NCBI GenBank assembly: GCA_024679065.1
Contig: JAGIQG010000003.1
Span: 25,916,001 to 25,980,000 of the forward strand
Length of the DNA: 64,000 nt
Reading direction: 5' to 3'
Source of the DNA: Sphyrna mokarran
Lineage: Eukaryota
Part shown: positions 39,144 to 49,299 of the stretch, one piece after another
Layout of the letters: the number at the start of each line of letters is the position of its first letter
Position numbering within the stretch: the stretch's first letter is position 1
The notes under the pieces: model-generated
Seen by the model: only the letters and a program-made list of their open reading frames with translations
The model's database searches: none
What the model was told of the DNA's origin: nothing
Translations under genes and position numbers: made by a program

Positions 39144-39853
39144 CTGCAGAGAAAAGTCGATTTGTGAATATATCAGTGTAATTTCAGATTCAGGGAATCT
39201 TGCAGCTTACATTTTGTTATTCATTCCAAAGCCAAGAGAAGAATTACAAGTCCCAACTAATGAGCCATGGCCAATGGCTGAACCATCAAATTCCAGTGTA
39301 GATAGTGAAGGCATAAGTACCTCAAGGGACTAAGGTCCTTTACCCATCTCACTGTATGAAAGTGATTTGTGATTTATTAATTACATTATTTTTGGCCATC
39401 TCACATTGCTTAATACTCACTGAAATTCAAATTGGGCACATCTAATGAGCAATGAAAGGGGAAAGCGCTATTCTGCTAGTTATGTAGAAAAGAGTACAAC
39501 TCTCAAACAGGTCATTGTGACTATTATATTGACCCTCTTGGCGTGAACATTCTGCTTCTTCGCTGATCAGGATACCACATTACGACCACCATTGATGCTA
39601 AACAATAAACAACACTGAAAAATGGCAAGTCCAGAAGTGCGAAGTACATGCCACTGATCCAAAATTCTCAAATCATACTTGCAATGTTCTAGCGAGTATG
39701 AATTTTCCAATATGGGAATCAGAATCTGCCATCAAAATGTAATTATTCCTTATAGGCAGCTTATTTTCTTTACCTCTTATTGTTTAATTTTGTAGCAACA
39801 GAACTTTGCGGATCAACTGTTTCTGAAAATTTGAATGTTTGAAGATTTTTTAC

Positions 39854-39979
39854 CATCACAAAGAGATGAGTTTGTCACATTGATGCTAAATCCAGGCTGG
39901 CAACTGCAATTAAAGCTTCCAACCATATTGGTGCAGATTTGTTGACAGGTTGAAGTGTTGGTTGTACATTCATCGATGT
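39854..39979 (-). CDS. cbEGF exon 38
   Basis: 126 nt, cag|...|gtaaaa, 6 Cys. Confidence 0.8.
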
Positions 39980-40698
39980 CTGCAGAAAAAAGTCAATTTG
40001 TGAGTGTGTGTGTCATTTCAGACTGCCAGACATTCTTGCCACTGGTATTATGTTTTTTGTTCCTGCTTGAGAGAAGGGTTACAATCTCCAGTTTATGAGC
40101 TGTGGCCAGTGTCAAACCATCAAATTCCAGCGATGACGGTGGAGGAACAAATATCTCAAGGGACTAGGGCCATTTACCTACCTCAGTTGTATGAAAGAGA
40201 CTTGTGTTTCGTTAATTGCAATTTTTTTGGCCAGCTCACATTGCTTAATACTCACTGAAATTCAGACTTTATGTTCCTAACAAACAACTGAAGAGGCAAG
40301 TGCAATACTGCAAACTGCGCATGAAGCAGCAGAGGTCTCAAACGGATTACCATCACTGATGCTCAATAATCAGCAATACTAAAAAATGGCAATTCCAGAA
40401 ATGCAAAGCACTTCTGTGTCCAGAATTTCAAAGCATATACCATTGATCCAAAATTCTGAATCATAATTGCATTTTCTATGCATTCTATGAATTTACAACG
40501 TAAACCACAATCTGCTCTCAAAATATACTTATCACAGATAGGCAGGTGACTGTTATTAACTTCTTATTGTTTATTTGTGAAGCCAGAGAAATGTTACGCT
40601 TGTAGCTGTAGAATATGTTGGACTTTGTCAGGGTTTAAACTTGGAATAATTTGCGAATCAATTGTTTCTGAGAATCTGAATATTTGAAGATTGCCTAC

Positions 40699-40824
40699 CA
40701 TCACAAAGAGAAGTGTTCGTTACATTGATGCTAAATCCAGGCTGGCAGCTGCAACTGAAGCTTCCAATTGTATTGGTGCAGATTTGTTGACAGGTTGAAG
40801 TGTTGGTTGCACATTCATCAATAT
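40699..40824 (-). CDS. cbEGF exon 39
   Basis: 126 nt, canonical AG/GT, 6 Cys. Confidence 0.87.
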
Positions 40825-41206
40825 CTGCAAAGAATATATCCAATTATTCCTGATCAATTTGATTCAGGTTACGTCACATGTTTCATATCATTCTGGATAC
40901 TATAATATTAAATTTCACTGTAATTCAATAGCAATATATTTAGTTTTGCTTTTTCCATAAAAATAGTATTTGGCTACATAATACCTTCATAATTTTGGCT
41001 GAGGTTTTTTACCCTAACCAACAAATTACAGCTCCCATTTAGAGTAAGAGACAACAATATTAATTAGAATCATGGAATCACTACAGTGCGGAAGGGGGCC
41101 TTCTAATGTGTTTGTTGCAAACCATCTAGCTTTACAAAACAAACAGAGCTCATTGTAACCCATAATAATCATCAATTGAAGAGTATCTGTGCATTTTAAA
41201 ATTTGC

Positions 41207-41331
41207 TCTGATTCAAAGGAAAGTATTGGTTATGTTTGTGCTGGGGATCAGGATGGCTATTGATTCTAAAACTCCCTTTCGTATTGGTGAAAGTTTGTTG
41301 ACGAATTGATGGGTTGAACATTCATTGATGT
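41207..41331 (-). pseudogene. Heavily decayed cbEGF exon fossil
   Basis: Residual matches (caaaggaaagtattggt ... gtattggtgaaagtttgttgac ... acattcattgatg|ttgtagaaaa); Cys codons and splice sites lost; followed by a diverged intron unit. Confidence 0.65.
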
Positions 41332-42283
41332 TGTAGAAAAAAAGTCCATTTGCTGAATCAGCAAATTCTAGTGGCGATGTTGAAGGAATTCATACCTCGA
41401 TTCTATGAAAAGGACTTGTGCTTCTTTAATCATACTTGGGTAACATAATGGGTAATCACCTCATGTATTTTTTTGCACAATGTTCACTGAAATTGAAAAT
41501 GTGTGTCCCTTCCAAGAAACAGAAGAAGAAAATGCAAAATTTGAAGTTATGCAGAAATGAGCAGAGAATTCAGAAAGATCACTACCATTAATGTATTGAT
41601 CCTCTTGGCCAAGGCATTCTGTTCTTGCTATTATCAAACTAGAAGAGCAGTAATTTCTGCTCCCACATGCTTGGGGACCATAGATTCCAACTCCAATTCA
41701 ATGGACCTTTCACTGATCCATTGAATTGTCAGTCTTGTCTGATACAATTCCCTTGGCTGGCTGGACTGGAGCTTTCTGATCTATCATTCCAGTCCGAGTC
41801 AAGTTGCAACCCTGATTAATGTAAAGTCCATAAGTACAAGCACCCAGTTGATCCAAAATTCTGAATCAAACTTGCAGTTGCCTAGTAGACTATAGATGCA
41901 CTGCAATGGAAAGTGTAATTTGTTATCAAAATGTAATTATTGTAGGTCACAGATTATTGTTCTCAATCTCTTATTGTTTAATTGTGAAGCAATAGAAAAT
42001 GTTTGTTTGTGGTCATCTGGAATGTACAGGAAATGTGCTAACATTTAGCACAGTTAGATATAGTGGGCCCCCAACCATGTTTTACAGTGGTGGATGCAGC
42101 CTGCCGTTGATCAGTCATAGGATCGATGGTTCCACTGTTGTCAATCGGATTTCCAGTTACTTGCACCATCCATCAGTTGGGATACCATGACAAGAGCTCA
42201 CCAGACCACACAAACATGCTGGAAAATTGAGTATGATTCAACAATCTTCAGTTGCAGGGAATGCATGTTTGAGAATTTCCTAC

Positions 42284-42409
42284 CATCACAAAGAGAAGTG
42301 TTTGCCACGTTGATGCTAAAGCCAGGATTGCAACTGCAATTGAAGCTTCCAATTGTATTGATACAGATTTGTTGACAGTTTGATGTGTTGCTTGCACACT
42401 CATCAACAT
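42284..42409 (-). CDS. cbEGF exon 40, first EGF in transcription order ([42 protein letters not shown])
   Basis: 126 nt, tttttttgcag|...|gtagga, 6 Cys. Confidence 0.88.
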
Positions 42410-42758
42410 CTGCAAAAAAAATAGATCCAATTACCCTTTGTTTAATTTGATCCACATTAGACCATACATTTTCAATCTTACAACACCACATATTTCAAAC
42501 ACATTCTTCTGGAATCTATATTAACAATATCTTCCATTATAACTTACTGGCTTTATTGGCCATGAAATTTTTCTGTTATGTTTTACGTAAAATGTTACAG
42601 TTACTATTTAGTCAAAGCGATAACAATGTTAATGACAAGTCCAAAAATGTAAAGAAACAGCCTTTGATCAGAAATTGATAAATGTTTTAACAAACTCAAA
42701 GGAGTGTTTGCCTTACCCCCATATATACCACATTCTGCTCCTATATGATCCATTCAAT

Positions 42759-43985
42759 GGGATGATTTTTACCCATGTCAGCTATCTGCATAAATGGCAA
42801 TGTGGGCCAAAATCTCACTAGAGCCGGAAAATGAGAATCTCACCAACAAGATCTCATTTTCCAATTTCCCTAACCCCTTACCAGTGATGTAATGAGATAT
42901 CTGCCATCCTGATTTCGACTTCCACTATCCATGCCAAGCTATGCACTTCAATGCTCATTTACCCAATGTACAGAACCAATGAACCTTATAGTAATAATTG
43001 TTAACAATGTGTCAAAAAGCTTTTAAAAAGTTATTCATTCGTAACTTCCTTTAAAAAAATTATTTTACTACAACCCTAAAGAAGTGTCAATCAACCAGTC
43101 CTGTGAAGTGCCAATTGCAGAAACTGCAAGTGCTTGATACCTCTTTATCTTGCATAAATAATATTAACTTTTGAGAAATAAATCTAAGAGATAAAGCTGT
43201 CAATAAAGAAATGTTTTCTCTTGAGTACAGCTGTTTCAACAGACTAATGGATGTCTAGGAAGCAATTCTCCCAGCCCTCGACACTGCTTTTGTAGAATAG
43301 CGGCTAGGAGACTTTAGTGCCACAGCCTCCAGGCATCTCCGGCAGCCAAATTTCTGACACCCTCAGTGCTGCACCAGAAATTGGCATGGAGCTGCATAAT
43401 CCATGCAAATATGAATTTTCAAACCATTGGAATCTTATTAGTGGACCTGGGACTGAAATCACCAGGCCCACTAACCACTTGCTTCCCTCCTCCCACTTCC
43501 AAGAGTAGTTCACCTCTAGCAGGGTTTAGTATAGTGGGGAGCTGGTGGCCTGACCCTGCTGGAGTGAAGGGAAGTCAATCATGGCCCCCAGAGAGTCGGG
43601 AGCTGGGTAGGTGCCACCGAGCATTGCCCATTGGCAATGGGCAGTGCCAAGGAGGTTGGGCCGATTGGGGTGGGGGCCTGATAGGGAGGGGCCTCAGAGG
43701 GAAACTGGTTGTGATGGGAGGGGAGGGTCCTACTGCCACTCTGCATTTGGGCTGAGCGACCAGTAGGAAGGAGCTTAGCGATCAGGGCTGGCAATCGGGG
43801 TGGGAGCAGGTGGATTCAGCCAGCTGGGCAAGTCGGGGCTGCAGGGGAAAGGAGGGGTTTGGGACCGCCAATGTGGGTGCGAGGGGGTGGAGGGAGAGTG
43901 GATCAGATCAGGAAATCAGGGTTAAGGGGTGGGGGGGTGGTGGTGGTAGTTGAGGCTCACCTGGGCATGTTTGGGGGAATTGAGG
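42759..43985. mobile_element. Old MITE/DNA-transposon-like repeat with G-rich interior; right boundary approximate
   Basis: Begins gggatgatttttaccc like the other GGG-ended elements and has a G-rich interior; no clear second terminal repeat. Confidence 0.4.
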
Positions 43986-44138
43986 ACATTTGTGCTCTAG
44001 AGACATTGTGGACATTAATGGCTGTGAGCAACAAACTGCTGTTAGGTAGGTATTTTTGTTCACAACGAAGCAATGTTGTCGATCTGAACAGTCATTGTGA
44101 TTGTCATGTAGTGGCCACGAATGGTTAAGAGCTGCTAC

Positions 44139-44246
44139 CTGTATAAATTGGCCCTGATGTGACTAAAGGTATATTTCAGGCCTATAATGCTGTCATTGAT
44201 GGTTTGCAGAACAAATTGATTTCTATTGTTGCAATACTTGGTGTAG
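44139..44246 (-). pseudogene. 108-nt mucin-type exon relic with two in-frame stops
   Basis: tttttttctaacag|CTACACC...TATACAG|gtagca; the phase-1 frame reads ATPSIATIEINLFCKPSMTAL*A*NIPLVTSGPIYT. Confidence 0.5.
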
Positions 44247-44297
44247 CTGTTAGAAAAAAACAAATAAAACGGTGCGGGATACACTTCTAGAGTCATA

Positions 44298-44424
44298 GGG
44301 CGGAATTTTAGCGGCACATCTGCACAAGTTTCGCACGATTCGGCTGAAGGCCAACAGAGTATGCTGTTCTCCGAGCCGAGCCTGTGTCAGGAATCGGGGC
44401 TGACGTGCCAGTAAAATTCTAACC
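44298..44424. mobile_element. 127-bp Harbinger-like mini-MITE
   Basis: Inverted ends gggcggaattttagcggcac / gtgccagtaaaattctaacc, flanked by ata/att. Confidence 0.65.
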
Positions 44425-44676
44425 ATTGAGTCATCGCAGTTTACAGCATGGAAACATTTCATATCAGGCTGTTTTTGTGAGTCAGGAGAAGCTGGCAGCT
44501 TCACCAATAATGTACAGATAGTATACTGTTGCTCCTTCTATGTTGACAGAATGTTTGCACAGTATACATCAAAAAATGTTTCTTAGGTTTCTAATTAAAG
44601 GTCATCCTGCAATACGATTCTTTCCAGAACATAAAGCGTAAGATGTCTCATAATGACAATTTCACTTGCTTCTTAC

Positions 44677-44874
44677 CTCCTGTTGTTGAACTGATTGCTG
44701 TTGTTACAGACTCATTTGTCAATGGCTGGGTGGAACTCTCAGTAGTTGTTCGAGTTGTCAGTTCAGGTGTACTTGTTGATATTGTAGTAGATGTAAAGAT
44801 TGGTGTTGTAGTTGTTGACAGTACAGGTATAGAAGATGTCACAGCAGGAGTGCTTGAAGGTATGATTAATGAAG
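44677..44874 (-). CDS. Mucin-like PTS exon T, last before the EGF array (66 aa, ASLIIPSSTPAVTSS...TTAISSTTG)
   Basis: 198 nt, ctacacag|...GGAG|gtaaga, phase 1-1, open, strongly Ser/Thr-rich. Confidence 0.85.
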
Positions 44875-45070
44875 CTGTGTAGACAAGGCAAAACTTTAGT
44901 CTCAAAATATAACATGGCTACTTCGTACCCCGTCCCGCTTAAATAGCATGATGTTAATTCTAAGAAATGAATGATTCCCATCAAGATGTCTTTGCACTCT
45001 TGCCATTTAAACAAATTATTTCATCCCTGATCATGAGGCAACAAAATAACTGTTTTTAATTCAATTAAAA

Positions 45071-45666
45071 GGGCAGAACTCTCCATCTTGGGACTAAGTC
45101 CCGTGGCAGGTGCAGGAACATGGAATGTCTTCCATCATGGAGGCCAGTGGGAAAATAAGGTGAATCTTCCAGCTCTGACATCCATCCTGAATCCAGAGCC
45201 TGCCACAGGCATTCATCAGGTCAGTCATAACATCTGCATGCCATATTGTTCATGGCATGTTTTGCACTGCATGTTTCCCCACCAGTGTTGTAGAGATATT
45301 GACAGGGAGGGATTGGTCCTTCATTTACAGCTCAGTTGTGGATGCAGATAAGTTTCATACTGGCCTCCAGCATGTTTCCTGATATGCCATGGAGGGAACC
45401 AGCAGAAGAACACCAGGAAATTCCACTGGCAATCTAATCAATTTCTGGGCCTTCTGTCAAACTCCTTGCTTCACCTCAGCTCACCATTAACAGCAGGGCC
45501 ATAGGAAAATCTCCCCATAGACTCTGATACACCATAGTCGGCACAAGTGGAAGATCCATTCAGAAATTCATGCTGACAATAAAATCGATTTCTGGGTCTC
45601 CTGTCGAACTCAACTCACCCCTTCCACCATTGAATTCATCAACTGGACCATGGGAAAATTCTCCCC
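45071..45666. mobile_element. Degenerate MITE (45071-45516) with its right end duplicated (to 45666)
   Basis: gggcagaactctcc ... ggaaaatctcccc|atagactc; a second ggaaaattctcccc ends at 45666. Confidence 0.5.
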
Positions 45667-45751
45667 ATGGACTGTGGAATGAGATTAATTATTTTGGAAG
45701 TTCTAACAGTTAATGGCTGTTAGTCCTGGTGTACTTGTTGATGTTCATTGA

Positions 45752-46068
45752 ATAGAATACAATCAGAGAATCCCTACAGTGCAGAAGGAGGCATCTCAAC
45801 TCATCAAGTCTGCACTGACCACAATCCAACAGAGGTCCTATTCCCAGATATTTATTCTGCTAATCCCCTAAATTAAGGGTCAAGTTAGAATAGCCAATCA
45901 CCCTAACCGACACATTTTTGGACTGTGGGAGTAAACCAGAACGCTGAAGAAACCTATGCAGGGGAGAATGTGCAAACTCTACAGAGATGGTGACCTGAGG
46001 TTGGAATTGAATCCATGTCCCTGGTACTGTAAGGAGCAGTGTTAACCACTTTGCCACATGCCACCCCA
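45752..46068 (-). mobile_element. HE1-like tRNA-derived SINE
   Basis: Minus strand reads gtggttaacactgct...ggattcaattcc (A/B-box-like), gagtttgcacattctcccc and ctcccacagtccaaa, with a LINE-like tail. Confidence 0.85.
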
Positions 46069-46154
46069 AATGTTGTAGAAGATGTACAAATTATTGTAGT
46101 TGTTGAATATTTAGATGTAAAAAATGTCTCAATAGAAATAGTTGTAGAATAACT

Positions 46155-47023
46155 ATTAGATAGTGAAGAGGGGTGTTATAGTTTGCAGAGAGACTTGGAC
46201 AAGTTGCAGAGCTGGGCCGAGAGGTGGCAAATGGAGTTTAATGCGGAAAAGTGTGAGGTAATTCACTTTGGCAGGAATAACAAATGTGTAGAGTATAGGG
46301 CTAATGGTAGGACTCTTAATAGTGTTGATGAACAGAGGGATCTTGGTGTATATGTACATAGATCCCTGAAAGTTGGCAATCAAGTCGATAAGGTTGTTAA
46401 GAAGGCACACGGAGTCTTAGCTTTTATTGGTAGGGGGATTGAATTTCGGAGCCGCAACGTCATGTTGCAACTGTACAAAACTCTAGTGCGGCCGCACTTG
46501 GAGTATTGTGTACAGTTCTGGTCCCCGCGTTATAAGAAAGATGTGGAGGCATTGGAGAGGGTACAGAGGAGGTTTACCAGGATGTTGCCTGGTATGGAGG
46601 TTAGGTCTTATGAAGAGAGGCTGAGGGATTTGAGGTTGTTTTCGTTAGAAAGAAGGCGGCTAAGAGGAGACCTTATTGAAACATATAAGATGATTAGAGG
46701 TTTAGATAGGGTGGACAGTGATAGCCTTTTTCCTAGGATGGAGAAAGCTAGCATGAGGGCACATAGCTTTAAATTAAGGGGTGGTAGTTATAGGACGGAT
46801 GTCAGAGGTAGGTTCTTTACCCAGAGAGTGGTAAGGGTATGGAATGCCCTGCCTGCGTCAGTTGTAGATGCGCCAAGTTTGGTGGCATTTAAGAGGTTAG
46901 TAGACAAGTTTATGGACGAAAAGGGAATGGTTTAGGTTAGAGGGTCATTGCTTTTTCTTAATTGGTCAGCGCAACATCGAAGGCCAAAGGGCCTCTTCTG
47001 CGCTGTAATGTTCTATGTTCTAT
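46155..47023 (+). mobile_element. 5'-truncated young CR1/HER1-like LINE (RT C-terminus, 3' UTR, tail)
   Basis: Uninterrupted 250-aa ORF 46183..46935 (QRDLDKLQSWAERWQMEFNAEKC...RPHLEYCVQFWSP...); tail atgttctatgttctat; flanked by act/act. Confidence 0.95.
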
Positions 47024-47338
47024 ACTTTGATGTAGCTGTGTAAACAAAATCAATCTTTAGTCTTTAAATATAACAGGAATGTAATCTTACTTATCCAACA
47101 TAAAGTGCATGCTCTTAATCCAAACATATATAATATTGTTATTTTCAATCAGGATGCCCTTGTATTTTTGTATTGTTATTGTTCTTATTCCAGCTGTGAT
47201 TACAAAGTGACAAAATGTAATCAGTATTTAAATCAATCAAACTCTCATAGGATTGAATCATTTTCAGTACCATCAGAATGGTACCGGTCCTTGTTTTTGA
47301 ACTGATTCATGTTGCTGAACTCATTGTTGTGGACTCAC

Positions 47339-47455
47339 TTGTTAATATTTGAGTGGATCTCTCTGTAGTTGTTAGTTCTGGTGTACTTGCTGGTATTGTT
47401 GTAACAGTTGATTGTTCGGGAGTAGAAGATGTCGCAGCAGGATTAGTTGATGTAG
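47339..47455 (-). CDS. Mucin-like exon B, copy 1 (39 aa, TSTNPAATSSTPEQSTVTTIPASTPELTTTERSTQILT)
   Basis: 117 nt, tttacacag|...ACA A|gtgagt, phase 1-1, open. Confidence 0.7.
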
Positions 47456-47778
47456 CTGTGTAAAGAAAAATCAAACTTTAGTCTCAGAGTATAACATAAG
47501 CTTATTCTGAGTTCCTGTACTTAAATAGCATGATGGCAATTCTAATAAAAGTAATGTTCCATTCCGGATGTCTTTTTTATATCATGCATTTTATTACTTC
47601 AGCTCTCATTATGAAGCAACAAACTATCATCAATTCTTCATGCAATCATAACTCTGGAATGAGTTTAATTATTTTGAGAACCATTAGTCCGCAATTGCAG
47701 TTAAAGGAACAATCTGATCCTTAGTATTTCCTATTGCTGTTAGTCTGATATCTGTTGTTGAGCGTGTTATGAACTCAC

Positions 47779-47928
47779 TTGCTAAGAGCTGAGTGGAACT
47801 CTGTGTAGTTTTTACTCCAGGTGAACTTGTTGATGTTGTAGTAGATGTAAAGATTGGTATTGTAGTTGTTGATTGTACAGGTGTGGAAGATGTCGCAGCA
47901 GGAGAGCTTGTAGGAGCAGCTGATGTAG
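47779..47928 (-). CDS. Mucin-like exon A, copy 1 (50 aa, TSAAPTSSPAATSSTPVQSTTTIPIFTSTTTSTSSPGVKTTQSSTQLLA)
   Basis: 150 nt, tttacacag|...GCA A|gtgagt, phase 1-1, open. Confidence 0.7.
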
Positions 47929-48094
47929 CTGTGTAAACAAGATGAAACTTTAGTCTTCAAATATAACATCAATTTAATCTTACCTGTTCCACTTCAATTG
48001 CATTATGTTAATTTTAAAAAAATGTCAGCTGGAATTCTATAGCCCATGGAAAATCCTACCCATGGTTTTATATAATTTTTAAAAAGTAGAATAA

Positions 48095-49228
48095 TATACT
48101 TTGAGGAGAAGTTTAGTATAAAGGGTTAACAGATGGGATATGCTGATGTATGATGTAGGTGATGATGATGTATCACTGATATCAGTAAGCCATATGTTTG
48201 ACATTTGCATGAGAGGTTTGAGTTATGCCTTGGAGCAACATGCCTACTTTGTAACCTGTTTGGATGTTCTATTAATAAGTGTTAAGTAAGTATGAGAGGA
48301 TGTCAACAGTTTGCCTAAGCACCATTTCCCATGACTAGAGTGCAAGTTGGAGGATCTGTCTCAGAACACCTTTTATGGGTTGCACGATGTCTGAAATGCA
48401 AGGGAAGTGAAGATTTCCCATGAAACACTGATCAAAAAAAGATTGAAGGAAATCAAACTGTGGATACTCTAGAGTAGGAGAGAAGGATTCAGGGCACTCT
48501 TGCGGCTTTCTCAAAGGGCTCTTGGGAGAAGTTTAGAAAGCAAAAATCTTCAACATTATGGAAAACAACCAGAGCTGCATCATTCACTGCCCCATTCAAA
48601 ATCTGAGATGTCAGTGAACATTGAGATGAAGGAAAATTAAGGGCAACTTTGTGTGAGACTGGTAGGAAAAGATGCGGAATGATTTCCCATTGATCTTCCA
48701 AGAGGACTACTTTCTGTAGGCAATGATTATAAAGTCATATTTCTCACTATTTGATATGGTTCCACACCAAATTAGGAAGAATTGCTGACAATATGGAGGG
48801 GAGGTAGTCTCAGATTCTGCCATAAGAAAAATTTCCTGTAGGCAATCAACTTAGGACAAGATTTCCGCTTAAGATTCTACAGCTTCAGAAGCGCAAAAGA
48901 TTTTGTTGCGGTATCCATGCTGATTTGTTGCTCTGGAGGGAAGACTCTCACCTGGGACTGGATAGGGCTGCAATTGACTCTCACTTTTGAATTGTGTTAG
49001 CTCTTTAGCAACATGATCCTCTATAGATTCTATCTTGGACTGAAGTAAAGTCATAGAGTCGCACAGAACAATCTTACCAATAAATTCCAAGTGTCAAATG
49101 AATGTGAAAAGAGGAGACAATTGTACCCATTTCTTTCGGTGATACATCTTATGCCATTTAGTGCAAAAAATGAGGTAAAATATAATTTACACCAGTTAAA
49201 GGGGTGGATGGATTCTATTATTTCCAGA
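48095..49228 (+). mobile_element. Decayed Gypsy-like LTR retrotransposon fragment (LTR-like segment and start of pol)
   Basis: The paralogous copy at ~52290 reads DPVPFNAKNEVKCDSHQLREWMDSIIARNPA, resembling the RPVPFA..KV..EL..L...GII.P motif upstream of Gypsy RT. Confidence 0.5.
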
Positions 49229-49229
49229 A

Positions 49230-49265
49230 TAATAGCTAGAATGCTTGTAGGAACAGTTGATGTAG
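49230..49265 (-). pseudogene. Truncated mucin-type exon D (TSTVPTSILA...); copies at 52391-52424 and 56771-56805
   Basis: Shared acceptor tttacacag|CTACATCA, cut off after ~11 codons by the Gypsy-like fragment. Confidence 0.6.
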
Positions 49266-49299
49266 CTGTGTAAACAACCTGAAACTCATGGTAATTTTA

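Larger units (their letters stand above)
1..42420. repeat. Tandem exon-intron array, ~0.8-0.9 kb basic unit (126-nt cbEGF exon plus homologous intron), 40 units plus 1 fossil
   Basis: Recurrent exon (tac|catcacaaagagaagtg...cacattcatcgatat|ctg on +) and recurrent intron motifs (aacatattgactctcttgg, gatccaaaattctgaatcataattgcaa, cctcttattgtttaa). Confidence 0.97.
45690..47035 (-). pseudogene. Mucin-type exon C split by a SINE and a LINE (pieces ~45690-45745, 46069-46154, 47024-47035)
   Basis: Shared acceptor tttacacag|CTACATCA at 47035; Thr/Ser-coding sequence resumes after each insertion. Confidence 0.65.

Noticed and set aside
299-42409. Assigning a known symbol (FBN1/2, NOTCH, LTBP, ADGRE5/CD97, MUC13, HEG1, UMOD)
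   Set aside because: No TB/hybrid, LNR, GAIN/7TM, SEA or ZP exon is visible, and the EGFs are recent near-identical duplicates; orthology cannot be determined from this window.
299-42409. Somatic rearrangement (RAG RSS-flanked or VLR-like cassettes)
   Set aside because: No CACAGTG-12/23-ACAAAAACC signals were seen next to the exons, and the cassettes have ordinary splice sites and low diversity.
1-42420. CRISPR-like or other prokaryotic repeat-spacer system
   Set aside because: The repeats are 126-nt spliceosomal exons and the 'spacers' are ~800-bp mutually homologous introns in vertebrate DNA.
45960-46068. tRNA gene
   Set aside because: The A/B-box-like sequence is the head of an HE1-like SINE, degenerate and followed by the SINE body.
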